The notes beneath the pieces were generated by a model. It saw nothing but the letters and a program-made list of their open reading frames with translations. It did no database searches and had not been told where the DNA came from. A program made the position numbers and the translations under genes. Shown piece by piece: positions 1-13,285 of a DNA stretch of 64,000 nt. Within the stretch, counting starts at the first letter, position 1. The number at the start of each line of letters is the position of its first letter. Source of the stretch: Eledone cirrhosa (lineage: Eukaryota); NCBI GenBank assembly GCA_964016885.1, contig OZ024758.1, positions 14,756,001 to 14,820,000 on the forward strand, read 5' to 3'.

Positions 1-133
1 ACAGTAAAGACTTTCAGGGGTCTTGTCAAACCTATAACAGTAAAGACTTCCAGGGGTCTTGTCAAACCTATAACAGTAAAGACTTCCAGGGGTCTTGTCA
101 AACCTATAGCAGTGAAGACTTCCAGGGGTCTTG
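1..133. repeat. 36 bp minisatellite (truncated by window edge)
   Basis: Unit acagtaaagacttccaggggtcttgtcaaacctata, ~3.7 copies. Confidence 0.9.
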
Positions 134-800
134 TTCCTCCATCCCTACCACATCCCTACTCACTGTTATCAGGACAGAAACAGCTACCTGCAAGAGCAAG
201 CACTGTGAGGTGGAGCAGCTGTTCTAGCATGTCTCCCTTGCCATCCCCCAGGGTAATGTCTTCTCCATCCCGTCCACTGGGACCATGAGCCAGACTGATA
301 CTTAAACAGTGATTGGTATATATATACACAGATGACATTCTATAAATAGGTTATGATGTAATTACCAGCAGAGAGAGAGGGGGGGAGAAAAGAAGAGGAT
401 AGATGAAGAGAGAGGGAGAGGGAGAGAGGGAGGGAGGGAGAAAGGAGAGGGAGGGAGGGAGAAAGGAGAGGGAGGGAGGGAGAAAGGAGAGAGAGAAAGA
501 AGAGAGAGAGGGATAGAAAGGAGAGAGGGGGAGAGAAAGGAGAGAGGGGGAGAGAAAAAGGAGAGAGAGAGGGGAGAGAAAAAGGAGAGAGAGAGAAAGG
601 ATAGGGGGGGGGGGAGATAGGGAGAGTTAAAGGAGAGGGAGAGAGATGGAGAGAGAGAGAGAGAGAGAGACAGAGAGAGACAGAGACAGACAGAGAGAGA
701 GAGAGAGTGAGAGAGAGAAAAGCAGGAAAAAATGTAGTTGAAAACTAAGAATGAAAAACCAATAGAAATGAAGAGACCAAATACAGACATAGCTTTGTGT

Positions 801-966
801 CCCTACACCTCACTGTAAGACGTGATTATACCACCTCTCCCTACACCTCACTGTAAGACGTGATTATACCACCTCTCCCTACACCTCACTGTAAGACGTG
901 ATTATACCACCTCTCCCTACACCTCACTGTAAGACGTGATTATACCACCTCTCCCTACACCTCACT
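801..966. repeat. 38 bp minisatellite
   Basis: Unit ccctacacctcactgtaagacgtgattataccacctct, ~4.4 copies. Confidence 0.9.
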
Positions 967-1156
967 CCTGCTACTCTTTCATAAAGGTAGTGGAAGAAAA
1001 TAGGTGGCTAGGTCAAGTTTGTTATATAAAATTGCACCCTCCTATTATGTACACACACATACACTCCTATGGTATTACCTTATTGAGTGCTTTGCTAACT
1101 CATTCCTATTGTAGGTCGACTTTGCTTGCCCACAGCTTCGATTTTACTAAGCTTGC

Positions 1157-1206
<50 letters not shown>

Positions 1207-1338
1207 GTGAGGTTTTTTTTTTTAAATGAAAAATAACCGAGGTGTCCTACACGAGTGAAAGTATAAAGAAAAAAAGATGAAATCGAAAATGCAACTGGAG
1301 TCTTATTTAAAAAAAAAATATATATATTTATTTGGTTC

Positions 1339-1374
1339 CTTTACCAGTTTCACAGTTCTTCTGCTTTTCAAAAA
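1339..1374 (-). ncRNA. Inverted, slightly decayed copy of the U3:A8 hammerhead
   Basis: Minus strand reads ttt-TTGAAAA-gcag(aagaa)ctgt-GAAA-ctgg-TA-aag. CCGG has changed to CTGG. Confidence 0.4.
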
Positions 1375-1430
1375 TAGAGTTGAGATGGAGGGTCTGTGGT
1401 TTTTCTCACAGACCCTCCATCTCAACTCTA

Positions 1431-1466
1431 CTTTTGAAAAGCAGAAGAACTGTGAAACCGGTAAAG
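1431..1466 (+). ncRNA. Minimal type-I hammerhead ribozyme, U3:A8 core variant
   Basis: ctt-TTGAAAA-gcag(aagaa)ctgt-GAAA-ccgg-TA-aag: short stem I, stem II and a palindromic CCGG loop in place of helix III. Confidence 0.55.
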
Positions 1467-1536
1467 GAACCAAATAAATATATATATTTTTTTTAAAAAT
1501 AAGACTCCAGTTGCATTTTCGATTTCATCTTTTTTT

Positions 1537-1570
<34 letters not shown>

Positions 1571-1615
1571 AAATAACAGCAGGCTGGTCTTGTGTAAATC
1601 CTTGAAAGGTTTATT

Positions 1616-1673
1616 ATACTATGATCATTTCAATGACCGGGTTCCGTATGAATCCGGTGATATCATCAGGTAT
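1616..1673 (-). ncRNA. Type-I hammerhead ribozyme
   Basis: Minus strand reads atac-CTGATGA-tatc accggattc(atacg)gaacccggt catt-GAAA-tgatca-TA-gtat. Core is canonical and helix III is palindromic. Confidence 0.75.
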
Positions 1674-2082
1674 TCGAAATATAATAAATGAATGTAACAG
1701 ATAAAATCCATGGGGCTGAAAATCATAGACCCGTGGACGACCGACCATCTAGCATCTTCCACTTTAGCTGGTCGCCCTCATACATACACACATACATACA
1801 CATACATACACATACACACATACATATGTACATATACACACATACATACATATACGCACATACATATGTACATATACACACATACATACATATACACATA
1901 CATACATATACATACATACATACAATATACACATATATACATACATACACACACATACGTACATACATATATACATACATGATGGCTTCCCGCTCGTTAT
2001 CAAGTATGGCCATTGCACAATATACCATTATTAATAATTATTAACTAATTCTATCATGCAATGCCTGTGTATGAAGATTTTT

Positions 2083-2145
2083 TTAAAAGTGAGTAAAGAC
2101 TGTGCACTGAGCCAATCCCACTCTCTGAGCAACAGTATCTATAAC
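2083..2145 (-). other. Possible exon of the minus-strand gene
   Basis: Strong acceptor ttttcttcttttcag. Phase 0 reads VIDTVAQRVGLAQCTVFTHF*. No clear donor and no recognised homolog. Confidence 0.25.
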
Positions 2146-2543
2146 CTGAAAAGAAGAAAAGATCAACATCATCGGTAACTACTGAGCCGCAGGTTTTATG
2201 TCGGAGTTATCCCAGTTTCCTGAGTTGCCTTATCATAGAAGGATGCCCTGATAAAGGCTAGGGGTCCTTCTCTCCCAGTGGCTTAACCGTGCGATCGGGT
2301 ATATACATACACATGTCCCTGCGCATATACATAGACATATACATACATATGTACATGTGTATATACATATTTACACATTTTTGGATGGCCGTTAACTCTT
2401 ATGAGTTCTTCCGCCCTTTGTGCATACACACATACATAAGTATGAATATATATATATAGTTTTTCATTACAAACTAAGCCGCTACCTAGTATGTGAAGTA
2501 TTTTAGATATATACATACATATGTATATTTATAAATACATATA

Positions 2544-2936
2544 GGAGGCACATGGCTTAGTGGTTAGAGCATTGGCTTTGCAATCGAAAGGTTGGGAGTT
2601 CAATTCTCAGACCGGGTGATGTGATGTTTCCTTGAGCAAGACACTTTATTTCACATTGCTCCAGTTTACTCACCTGTAGAAATGAGATGATAGGACTGGG
2701 GTCCCTATCATTCCACTGCAAAGTAGTCGTGGAGGTGCCACGGCAAAAAAGCACCCAGCACTCACTGTAAAGTGGACGTGTAGGCACCACGGAAAAAAAA
2801 AAGCACCCAGCACTCACTGTAAATGAGGTTGGTGTTAGGAAGGGCATCCAGCTGTAGAAATCAAGCCAGAATCAGTTCCCGTCCCACTCTTGCAAGCAGG
2901 GAAAAGCGGACATAAAATGATGATGATGATGATGAT
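2544..2936 (+). mobile_element. tRNA-derived SINE family B (CORE-like body, RTE-like 3' tail)
   Basis: A box TGGCTTAGTGG, B box GAGTTCAATTC, body ccttgagcaagacacttt and (ATG)n tail. Near-identical copies elsewhere in the window. Confidence 0.85.
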
Positions 2937-4459
2937 ATCTGACCCGACTTGACTTACATATATATATCATCATCACTGTTTAACTTCCATTTTTCCATGC
3001 CAGCATGGTTTAGAGTTGTCCCGCTGTGAGTCTGGTCATTCAACCCACACTGTCTCACAACAAAAAGTATCCAGTCCATACTGAAAAGTGGTCGCGTAGG
3101 AGACGCGACAAAAAGCTCCCAGCACACACTGTAAATGTGGTTGACATTAGGAAGGGCATCCAGCCATAGAATACCAGCCCTATACGAGCGAGACACTGTC
3201 ACCCGACCAAATTTGCCTCAAATTGGACAAACCCGTCTAACCCATGCTAGCGTGGAAGATAGACGTTAGATGAAGATCCCGTTAAGGGTGAAAGCAGCAA
3301 TTCTTGCTTAACCCTTTAATGTTCAAACCGGCCAAAATTTTCTACCTCTTTCTGTTGAAACTGGTTGCTCAAACTGATGTTAAGGTATTGTTCTCAAAAT
3401 AAATACTTTCAAAATCTAATAGATTCAATATTAAGTGAGATAATTATGTGAGGTAAAGCCTTTACCATGAAAATATAATAGTATATATAAAATAATGTGA
3501 ATGCTAAAGGGTTAAACTTTAATCTGTTATTTTAATAAATATATATGATGATGATGATATACATATATATATATATATATATATTATAAATTAAAATGAC
3601 AGGAGGCCAAATATGTTAAATTTCCTGAATTTTTTATTTCTGCAATCACTATGCACATTTCAGTGACCTCAACAGGTGTAAATTGCGTAATTGATGTATA
3701 CTAATGGAATGATGGTAAACTTTAAGGAAACAAAGAAAAATCAGAGAAGAAAAAGTTTGTGTTTACGTTTTAGACCCAGAGATGAGTGAAGTAGCATACT
3801 GCCACCTTGCTCCCCTGTCTCTCTATATAGGAGTGTGTGTATGTTTGTGTATATATGTATATAATAGGAGGAACACAACGCATCTCCTCGTCCAGAAATT
3901 GAACCCACTACCGTATGATTGTAAATCTAACACCATAATCACTAGACAAACATATTGACATTACATAAGAGATGAACATGGGAATGAAAACTGCACACAA
4001 AGTCTTCATTGAAACCATACTTCAAAGATATTCAATTGCGACATTTTGTTAAGACAGAATCAACGAACCTGTTATAAAGAATATATTCCCACTTAACAAC
4101 TTAATAAAATAACAATTTTGTATTTCTTCCCATTGAACCTAATTCAATAACAATGTTCAATGAAAACAAGCTACAATTTATTCATAAGCATGAACATGAC
4201 ATGAATATTCAGTATGTACATGAAAAAACATCAGTGAGTGTTCCGCCAATGTATGCCAGTTATAAATGTTAGAAGTAAACCAAGTGAGGGAGTCAAGTTA
4301 TAACTTCCATCTGAAGAGGAGAGACTGTGTATTTAACTTCTCTTTTGTTTTATGTTACTGATTCCTATGGAAAGGGTATGAAAGCCACAACACATACTTC
4401 CACTAAGTCCTGAGTTGCTTACAGGTCATACCTTCTTAACCCTTTAACATTTTCTACAT

Positions 4460-4623
4460 CAGAGGTTCCCAAAGTGGGTTCCACAAAAGAGTGTCAGGGG
4501 TTCCATGAAAAAAGGTAGAGGACTATATTTATATTACAACCATATAACAGTAACCTTGGGGTTCCCCCCAAAAGTTTCTGAACCAAAAAGGGTTCCACGC
4601 TTGAAAAAGTTTGGGAAACCCTG
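4460..4623. mobile_element. hAT MITE
   Basis: TIRs CAGAGGTTCCCAAA / TTTGGGAAACCCTG with a perfect 8 bp TSD TTCTACAT. Confidence 0.8.
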
Positions 4624-6286
4624 TTCTACATTACAAATATTGAAGGCTTCAACAATGAGTGTGACTTACTATAATGATGGCAGAATGGTGACTGCGAGCA
4701 AAATGGTGACTTCAAATTGGTGTTAGTGGTGAATTGAAGGCAAGAAAATCTGGCAGAGACTATCTCCATCTAAGTTATCCACAGAGAAAGAATTATAATG
4801 GAAACTAACAAACCACTTATATAGATGTTAGTGCTGTCATTGTTAACAGTAGTGTTCTTCTTACTATTTATACCGAGGTAAACAGGCTCATTTCAGAGTT
4901 AACCCTTTTGAGACTAACCCACCAAAAATCACCTCTGGTTCAATGAAACAAAACTACCCATTTTAACTCTTTAGTATTTACATTACTCTATATATATACT
5001 CTATATATACTCTATATGTACTCTATATATATACTATTGTATTTTCACGGTAAAGGCTTTACCTCATAATTATCTCACATAATTTTGAATCTATGAGATT
5101 TTGATGTTATTTATTTTGAGAACAATACCTTAACATCAGTATGTCGGTTTTAACAGAAAGAGGTGAGAGAATTCTGGCTGGATATGGCCGGTTTAAATGC
5201 TAAAAGGTTAAATATATAAAATAAATATACAATAGAAAGAATTGAATTGAATTTAAAAAAAAATAAAAAAAATAGATGGAGTCACTTTATGGAAAACGTA
5301 TTAAATTCTGAATAAAATAATTGTTTCTACTTTTGGCACAAGGCCAGCAATTATCCCAGTGCATAACTGGTACTTTATTTTATCGACCCCCGTAAGGATG
5401 AAAGGCAAATTTAACCTCTGGGGGATTTGAACTCAGAACGCAAAGGGCCATAACTCTATGCTGCAAAACATGGCGTCCGACCCTCTACCGATACTGCCAA
5501 TTTTCCCACCATAATTCTGAATAAAATAATACGGAAATATACAAATAAAACCTCACTGAACAACATGCTGTATTGGTGACAAGGTATGTATTTGTCTAGT
5601 ACTATTGTATAAGCTTCTACCACAAGTATAGTTGAAACCTCTTTTTTTTTCTTTGTAATATATAAAATAGATATACAATAGAAAGAATTGAGTTGAATTT
5701 AAAAATAAAATAGATCGAGTCACTTTATTGAGAAAGTATTACATTTTGTCTGTTGTTAACTCTTCGAACCAGTTGTCGTCGAGACCTCAGGCGTACTTGG
5801 ACTCTGCACTGACGAGCTCCGCTGCAAAATCAGAACGTCGGTGGCCTGTCTGAGGAAGGAGCCCCACGGGGTGGGGGTGGCTGTTGCTGGCCATTGTCCG
5901 GGGAAATGCTTTTTGGGTCTTGTCTGCAGGGCACAACCCCAATAACACCGCACCCTAGACCCAGAGCCCAATCACCCTCCATCTCTCCATTTTTCTGTGA
6001 CACTAGAGTCCTTGCCATTCACTCCCTTTTCAGGTTTTTTTAAACTATTTTCTTATTTTACATTGTGGTTGGTGTTAGGAAGGGCATCCAGCCGTAGAAA
6101 ACCAGCAAGAAACAGCTCTGTACGAGCCAGACACAGTCACCTGACCAATCTTGCCTCAAGTGGGACAAACCCGTCCAACCCATGCTAGCGTAGAAGATGG
6201 ACGTCAAACAATGATGATGATGATTCTTTCTTCTCAATCTAAATTTTCTTTTTTCTTTTTTATTAAATTGTACCTACATACTGTAT

Positions 6287-6623
6287 GGAGGCACATGGCT
6301 TAGTGGTTAGAGCCTTGCAATCGAAAGGTTGTGAGTTCAATTCTCAGACCGGGTGATGTGTTGTTTCCTTGAACAAGATACTTTATTTCACAGTGCTGCA
6401 GTTTACTCAGCTGTAGGAATGAGATGATAGGACTGGGGGTCCATATCATTCCACTGCAAAGTTGTCGTGGAGGTGCCACGGCAAAAAAGCACCCAGCACT
6501 CGCTGTAAATGAGGTTGGTGTTAGGAAGGGCATCCAGCTGTAGAAATCAAGCCAGAATCAGTTCCTGTCCCACCCTTGCAAGCAGGGAAAAAGCAGATGT
6601 AAAATGATGATGATGATGATGAT
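6287..6623 (+). mobile_element. SINE family B copy
   Basis: High identity to 2544-2936. Confidence 0.85.
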
Positions 6624-6734
6624 ACTGTAATGCATATAGAAATAAAACTTCTCGGAAAACCATCATATATTTTATTATATTAAGATTCACTTAAACCTGT
6701 GAACAATTAAAATGTTGACATCTCATTCACTTAC

Positions 6735-6770
<36 letters not shown>

Positions 6771-7828
6771 GACCTCATTCAAACACTATTTTCTTATATC
6801 ACTGGAAATTAGAATAGAACTAGAAGGGTTTATAACAGTGCAATGGTGACAGTGGTGGCGAGGATGGGCCGAGCCTCTACATACAAACAAATAATGTAAA
6901 CTATTTTTTTTCATAAACGCTATACCTATTAACTACTTCTGATAAGGTGTCACCGATAAATACCAGCTGTTATTCAGTCCTACTTCAGTAAATAACCACA
7001 ATTAGGTATATAAATTTGAAGAAATGAATAATTCCTTTTATTTAAAGCAAGCATTCCAGAAAGCTAAGTCTGGGTTTATGAAATGTTACCTACCTCTAAG
7101 GTGAATAGATAGATAGTCTCCCAAGCTTGACCCTTTCATGACTACATTTCTAGTGAACCGAACTACTCATGTATTTCAATTAACCCTTTATCATTTACAT
7201 TACCCTATATTTACCATTATATTTTCACTGTAATGGCTTTACCTCACATGATATCGAATCTATGAAATTTTGTTATTTATTTTGAGAACAATACCTTAAC
7301 ATAAATATGAGAAGCCGGTTACGGGTGGTTTGAACAGAAAGAAGTGAGAGAATTCTGGTTGGATACGGCTGGTTTAAATGCTAAAAGGTTAATTTAAAAA
7401 ATGATCGAAGACAATTTTATAGAAGAGTCATATACAAGGTGTCCCCAAAAATGTATACACATTTCAACAGCATTTAAATAAATATTGCCTGTACAGGTAA
7501 TCAAAGTGTGTATACATTTTTTGGAGACACCATGTATATTCATTTTTTTTTTTCCTGAACACTAATATAATTTAAAATTTAAGCTCTGACAGTTGTATAC
7601 ATACAAGTATGTGAACTTCGTATATCTAATGATATACAATATGTTTAATAAATAACTGGTATCTGTCCAGTACTGGAGTCAATTCTTCATCTATAGAAAA
7701 AAATTGGCTGTGTTCAGACCAGGAGAGGGTTGGGCTCCACCAGGTGTAAAAGTTCCCTAGACATGCTATAAGACGGTGGTGCCTCTATGACTCCACATGG
7801 AGTTATGGTATCTTTATCTTTTTATCTT

Positions 7829-8046
7829 TTAACCCTTTAGTGTTCAAACCGGCCAGAATTCTCTACCTCTTTCTGTTGAAACTGGCTGTAACTGGTCGCT
7901 CAAACTGATGTTAAGGTATTGTTTTCAAAATAAATACTTTCAAAATCTCATAGATTCGATATTATGCGAGATAAGTATGTGAGGTAAAGCCTTTACCATG
8001 AAAATACAATAGCATATATAGAGTAATGTGAATGTTAAAGGGTTAA
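7829..8046. mobile_element. piggyBac-type MITE (~210 bp), representative copy
   Basis: TTAA|CCCTTTA...TAAAGGG|TTAA termini. Related copies at ~3308-3515, 4963-5210, 7180-7392, 11731-12173, 15309-15521, 15666-15866, 16670-16876, 20459-20666, 22170-22371, 24783-24990, 48285-48495, 53691-53917 and 54688-54893. Confidence 0.8.
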
Positions 8047-8374
8047 TAAATAAACATTTAGAAAGCCTTCTAGCTATGAATATTGAAATATATTTTTTTT
8101 TTTATTGAATATTTCTTACAGAATGAAAACAAACACAAATAATAAATACAATTAATTATTGCTAGGAACCTTATATAATACACACAAAAATATATGGTCA
8201 AAACCCATCAATTCACCACCAAGTGCATCATCAGTCACACACTATAAGGATCTAAGTTACTATCTTAATATAATGAAATAGTTAATATTTGTAATAAGTC
8301 CTTCAAAATTCGTTATTAATTAATTAAAGACTTAATTGATAAGATGGAAGGGTCGATAGTGTAAAAATACACAC

Positions 8375-9100
8375 ATATGTACACCAGGTCCGAACACAGA
8401 AGAGCCAAAATCCCACTGCCATTGCCTCTGTTTCCTTCCCCATCTCACATGTACACCAGGTCCTGACACAGAGGAGCCAAAATCCCACTGCCATTGCCTC
8501 TGTTTCCTTCCCCATCTCACATGTACACCAGGTCCTGACACAGAGGAGCCAAAATCCCACTGCCATTGCCTCTGTTTCCTTCCCCATCTCACATGTACAC
8601 CAGGTCCTGACACAGAGGAGCCAAAATCCCACTGCCATTGCCTCTGTTTCCTTCCCCATCTCACATGTACACCAGGTCCTGACACAGAGGAGCCAAAATC
8701 CCACTGCCATTGCCTCTGTTTCCTTCCCCATCTCACATGTACACCAGGTCCGAACACAGAAGAGCCAAAATCCCACTGCCATTGCCTCTGTTTCCTTCCC
8801 CATCTCACATGTACACCAGGTCCTGACACAGAGGAGCCAAAATCCCACTGCCATTGCCTCTGTTTCCTTCCCCATCTCACATGTACACCAGGTCCTGACA
8901 CAGAGGAGCCAAACTCCCACTGCCATTGCCTGTGTCTCTCTCGTCCTCGCCATCTCTCATGTACACCAGGTCCTGACACAGAGGAGCCAAACTCCCACTG
9001 CCTCTGTCTCTCTCGCCCTCCCCATCTCACATGTACACCAGGTCCTAACACAGAGGAGCTGAACTCCCACTGACATCGCCTCTCTCACCCTACCCATCTC
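8375..9100. repeat. 60 bp minisatellite, ~12 units
   Basis: Unit catgtacaccaggtcctgacacagaggagccaaaatcccactgccattgcctctgtttccttccccatctca-like. Confidence 0.9.
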
Positions 9101-9686
9101 TCACTATAATGAGCAAATGGGGTCCCACGCGCTGGCTGCCCCACAACCCCAGCGAACAGAATAGAGAAGGCATTTCCCCGGAGGAAATTACGAAAGAGTT
9201 AAAGAAACTGAATTTCATTTGTTATAACTATGGCAGCTTCATAAAAATAATATCTTCAGAATAAATTTTATTTTTTTTCTCTCTGTACCATTCCGGCCGA
9301 GATAATGGCTAACCATTTATGGCTAAGCTATTTTATTGAGATAAAAGGTATGAACATAAATTAGAGAACTCTTTTATTCATTTTTCTGTGGTTTATTTTC
9401 AGATAACATGAAATACGGGGAAAAGAAAGTGATAAAGATCATCTAAGAAGATATAATGTCCGAAATAGAGTTACTACTAAAGCTACAAATGGTAGAAAAA
9501 TAAAAACTATATATTGCCATTCTATAAAGAACAGTCTTGGCTACATGGTTAAAGAGTTTGCTTCACAACCACATGGTTTCATGTGGTATCCCACAGTGTG
9601 ACACCATTGGTCTTCTAATCTAAACCGAGGTTGAATAATCATTTATAAGTAAAATTTGATAAGATGGAAACTGTGAAAGCCTGTCG

Positions 9687-9718
<32 letters not shown>

Positions 9719-11730
9719 TGTGTGTGTGCATACCCATGATGATAATGATGATGACAATGATTCAACAAAAGATAAAAAAGATCAATAAAATAAGTACGAG
9801 ACTTGAACAAAAATAAATACTAGGTTCGATATGATTGACTAAATCCCTTTAAGTGACTGGAAACAAGTAAAAGAATTAAAAGAGTTTCACGAGAAGAAAT
9901 ATGTCAGATGTGAAACTCTTAAATGAAGTTCTCATTAAGACCAAATAAATAGCTAATTGTGAGAGAGAGAAGGGGGGAGAACGGAAGAGGGAGAGTGCGT
10001 GAGTGAGAGAGTGCGTGAGTGAGAGAGTGCGTGAGTGAGAGAGTGCGTGAGTGAGAGTGTGTGAGCGTGTGGTATGTTTGTGTAAGTGTGAGCATGTGTG
10101 TGGTGTGAGTGTGTGTGTGTGTGTGAGTGCATGAGTGGTATGTTTGTGTAAGTGTGAGTGTGTGTGTGTGTGAGTGTGTGTGTGTATGTGAGTGTGTGTG
10201 TATGTGAGTGTGTGTGTATGTGAGTGTGTGCGTGTGTGTGAGTGTATGCGAGTGTGTGAGTGTATGCGAGTATGCGAGTGTGTGTGTGTATGCGAGTGTG
10301 TGTGTGTATGCGAGTGTGTGTGTATGTGAGTGTGTGTGTGTATGTGAGTGTGTGTGAGTGTGTATGTACGAGTGTGTGTGTGTATGTACGAGTGTGTGTG
10401 TATGAGTGTGTGTGTGTAAGTGTATGTGTATGTAAGTGTGTGTATGTAAGCGTGTGTATGTAAGCGTGTGTATGTAAGCGTGTGTATGTAATCATGTGTA
10501 TGTGTGGAAACGTGTGTATGTGTGTAAGCGTGTGTATGTGTGTAAGCATGTGTATGTGTGTAAGCGTGTGTATGAGTGTATGTGTCACAAACAACATATT
10601 TGTCAGTGAAACAGTTGACTCACAGCTGGCAGCAGATAATTTACTTTCAGAAGTTTCAAGATGCTAGAAGTAGCTCTAATTTTATGATGTCCACACATGA
10701 AAGATTTGATGAATATTTCAGGATCCTCATAGAGGATAGGGACTTAAAAACCCACCCAACCATCCATACATACACGAGTCAGTTGTCCTAGACTTAGAAC
10801 AGAGAGCCATACCAAAGAAAAAGATTACCTTACATGATTTAGAGCAGATTGTAAACGTGGTTGGTGTTAGGAAGGGCATCCAGCTGTAAAAATCCCAGCA
10901 AAAACACAGTTCTGCCTGAGCGAGGTAAGGTATGGCGTGGCCAGCTGGCCAGACTTGTCTCATGACGTGGGTGACCCATCTAACCCATGCAAGCATAGAA
11001 AAACAGATGTTAAATGGTCATGGTTGCCAATTTATAACACTTGGGGTACATCATTTTATGTCCATTCTAAGTTCAAATCCCGCCGAGGTTAACTTTGCCT
11101 TTCATCCTTACGGGGTCGATAAAATAAAGTACCAGTAATGCACTGGGATAATTGCTGGCCTTGTGCCAAAAGTAGAAACAATTATTAGTTACGTCCCTTT
11201 ACGATCTGAGTTCAAATCCCGCCGAGGTTAACTTTGCCTTTCATCCTCACGGGGTCGATAAAATAAAATACCAGTAATACACTGGGATAATTGCTGGCCT
11301 TGTGCCAAAAGTAGAAACAATTATTACCTCTTAACATCTTGTAAAGATTTAGCAGAAAATATCTAAAAATGAGTTTGGTAATTTAAATGTTTATAGTATC
11401 TTTATTAGCGAAGAAATCATTGTGAAAATTTGTAGCATTAGAATAAAAATTTTAGTTTTTCATGTGATGCAGGCAATGCACTGCTTTTTACTTTTCAAAA
11501 ATATTTTGCTGTACCAGTTTTATAAGGTACAGGACATTAAGAGTTAAAACAACACAGCCATTTCTTTTTGCAAATTGCACACAAGCCTGACTAGACTTGG
11601 AAAATCTCTCTTTATCTTATCATTAAATTCAAATATGTGAAATAGTATTGGTTCCTTTCAACATACACATGCACGCACACACTCACACACACGCTCAATA
11701 ACTCAAAAAAGCCATTAGTTTTCCGTGTAG

Positions 11731-12173
11731 TTAACCTTTTAGTATTTACATTGCTCTATATTTACTATTGTATTTTCAAGGTAAAAAGCTTTTACCTCAC
11801 ATAAAATGTCACATAATATCGATTCCACGAGATTTTGATATTACATATTTTGAGAACAAAGGGTGGTGGATTGGCAGTGTCGGGAGAGCATCAGACACCA
11901 TGCTTTGCAGCATAGAGTTATAGCCCTTTACGTTCTGAGTTCAAATCCAGTCAAGGTTAACTTTGTCTTTCATCCTTACAGGGAGTCGATAAAATAAAGT
12001 ACTGGTAATGCACTGAGGTAATTGCTGGCCTTGTACCATAAGTAGAAACAATTATATATTATTTTGGGAACAATACCTTAAAGTCGGTATGAGTGGTCGG
12101 TTATGACCGGTTTGAACAGAAAGAAGTGAGAGAAATCTGGCTGAATATGGCTGGCTTAATGCTAAAGGGTTAA
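11731..12173. mobile_element. piggyBac-type MITE with a nested SINE A (~11861-12055)
   Basis: The MITE is split at attttgagaacaa, which is approximately duplicated on both sides of the SINE. Confidence 0.75.
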
Positions 12174-12574
12174 ATATCTATTTCAGTAACTGGATCTTAT
12201 GTAAAGAAATATTAACAAGAAATCAATTGACCACTCAAAGTATTGATTGATTAAAGCAGATATCTGATAAATTTATGTCAGTCGACAAATCATGGTAAGA
12301 CAGTAACAAGAAGGTTTTATAAACAAATATATGTGAGATTTCTCTCTCAAATCTTCTCATTTTGACTTCAGGAAAGAGAAAATAAGACCTTATCATAATC
12401 CAACTGATATTTGATGTTGTAGAAGATAGAATTACTCTTTAGTTTTTGATTAAAAGTTGGTTATCTAAAATTGTAGTGGAATCCAGAGACATTGACACAT
12501 ATATGTGGGTAGATGGGGTGAGAATGTGTCCTGGGGATGGGGGTGAGAATGTGTATGTGGGAGAATGTGTATGT

Positions 12575-13285
12575 GTGTGTCTGAATGGATGTGTGTGTGT
12601 GTCTGAATGGATGTGTGTGTGTGTCTGAATGGATGTGTGTGTGTGTCTGAATGGATGTGTGTGTGTGTGTGTGTGTGTCTGAATGGATGTGTGTATGTGT
12701 GTGTGTGTGTGTCTGAATGGATGTGTGTGTGTGTGTGTGTGTGTGTCTGAATGGATGTGTGTGTGTGTGTGTGTCTGAATGGATGTGTGTGTGTGTCTGA
12801 ATGGATGTGTGTGTGTGTCTGAATGGATGTGTGTGTGTGTCTGAATGGATGTGTGTGTGTGTCTGAATGGATGTGTGTGTGTGTCTGAATGGATGTGTGT
12901 GTGTGTCTGAATGGATGTGTGTGTGTGTCTGAATGGATGTGTGTGTGTGTCTGAATGGATGTGTGTGTGTGTCTGAATGGATGTGTGTGTGTCTGAATGG
13001 ATGTGTGTGTGTCTGAATGGATGTGTGTGTGTCTGAATGGATGTGTGTGTGTCTGAATGGATGTGTGTGTGTCTGAATGGATGTGTGTGTGTCTGAATGG
13101 ATGTGTGTGTGTCTGAATGGATGTGTGTGTGTCTGAATGGATATGTGTGTGTCTGAATGGATGTGTGTGTCTGAATGGATATGTGTGTGTCTGAATGGAT
13201 ATGTGTGTGTGTCTGAATGGATGTGTGTGTGTGTCTGAATGGATGTGTGTGTGTGTCTGAATGTGTGTGTGTGTGTGTCTGAATG
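12575..13285. repeat. (ctgaatgga(tg)n) compound minisatellite
   Basis: About 30 units with variable TG number. Confidence 0.9.

Larger units (their letters stand above)
1202..1543. mobile_element. Penelope-like pLTR remnant with ~137 bp inverted repeat
   Basis: Arms at 1262-1398 and 1407-1543 are near-perfectly complementary. Each contains a hammerhead motif and AATAAA. Flanked by (TA)n. Confidence 0.55.

Noticed and set aside
156-338. 60 aa ORF with a GTGAGT donor and a WSQWTGW thrombospondin-like string in another frame
   Set aside because: No TSP1 cysteine pattern. It could equally be a degraded LINE remnant, so it cannot be supported as an exon.
2544-2615. tRNA-like A/B boxes (also in SINE A heads)
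   Set aside because: These are SINE heads continuing into repeat bodies, with no complete cloverleaf.
5205-5745. ~90 bp direct duplication (about 5205-5305 and 5658-5745)
   Set aside because: Local AT-rich duplication with no LTR hallmarks (TG..CA, PBS).
5755-6062. GC-richer segment with short ORFs
   Set aside because: Possibly a LINE 5' fragment, but there is no diagnostic motif. The CTGACGA inside it lacks hammerhead stems.
8324-9051. 209 and 239 aa repetitive ORFs, CRISPR-like periodicity
   Set aside because: Pure 60 bp tandem repeat with no unique spacers. The ORFs are open only because the unit is a multiple of 3.
10576-10791. 71 aa ORF after a tttcag acceptor
   Set aside because: No donor and no recognisable domain.
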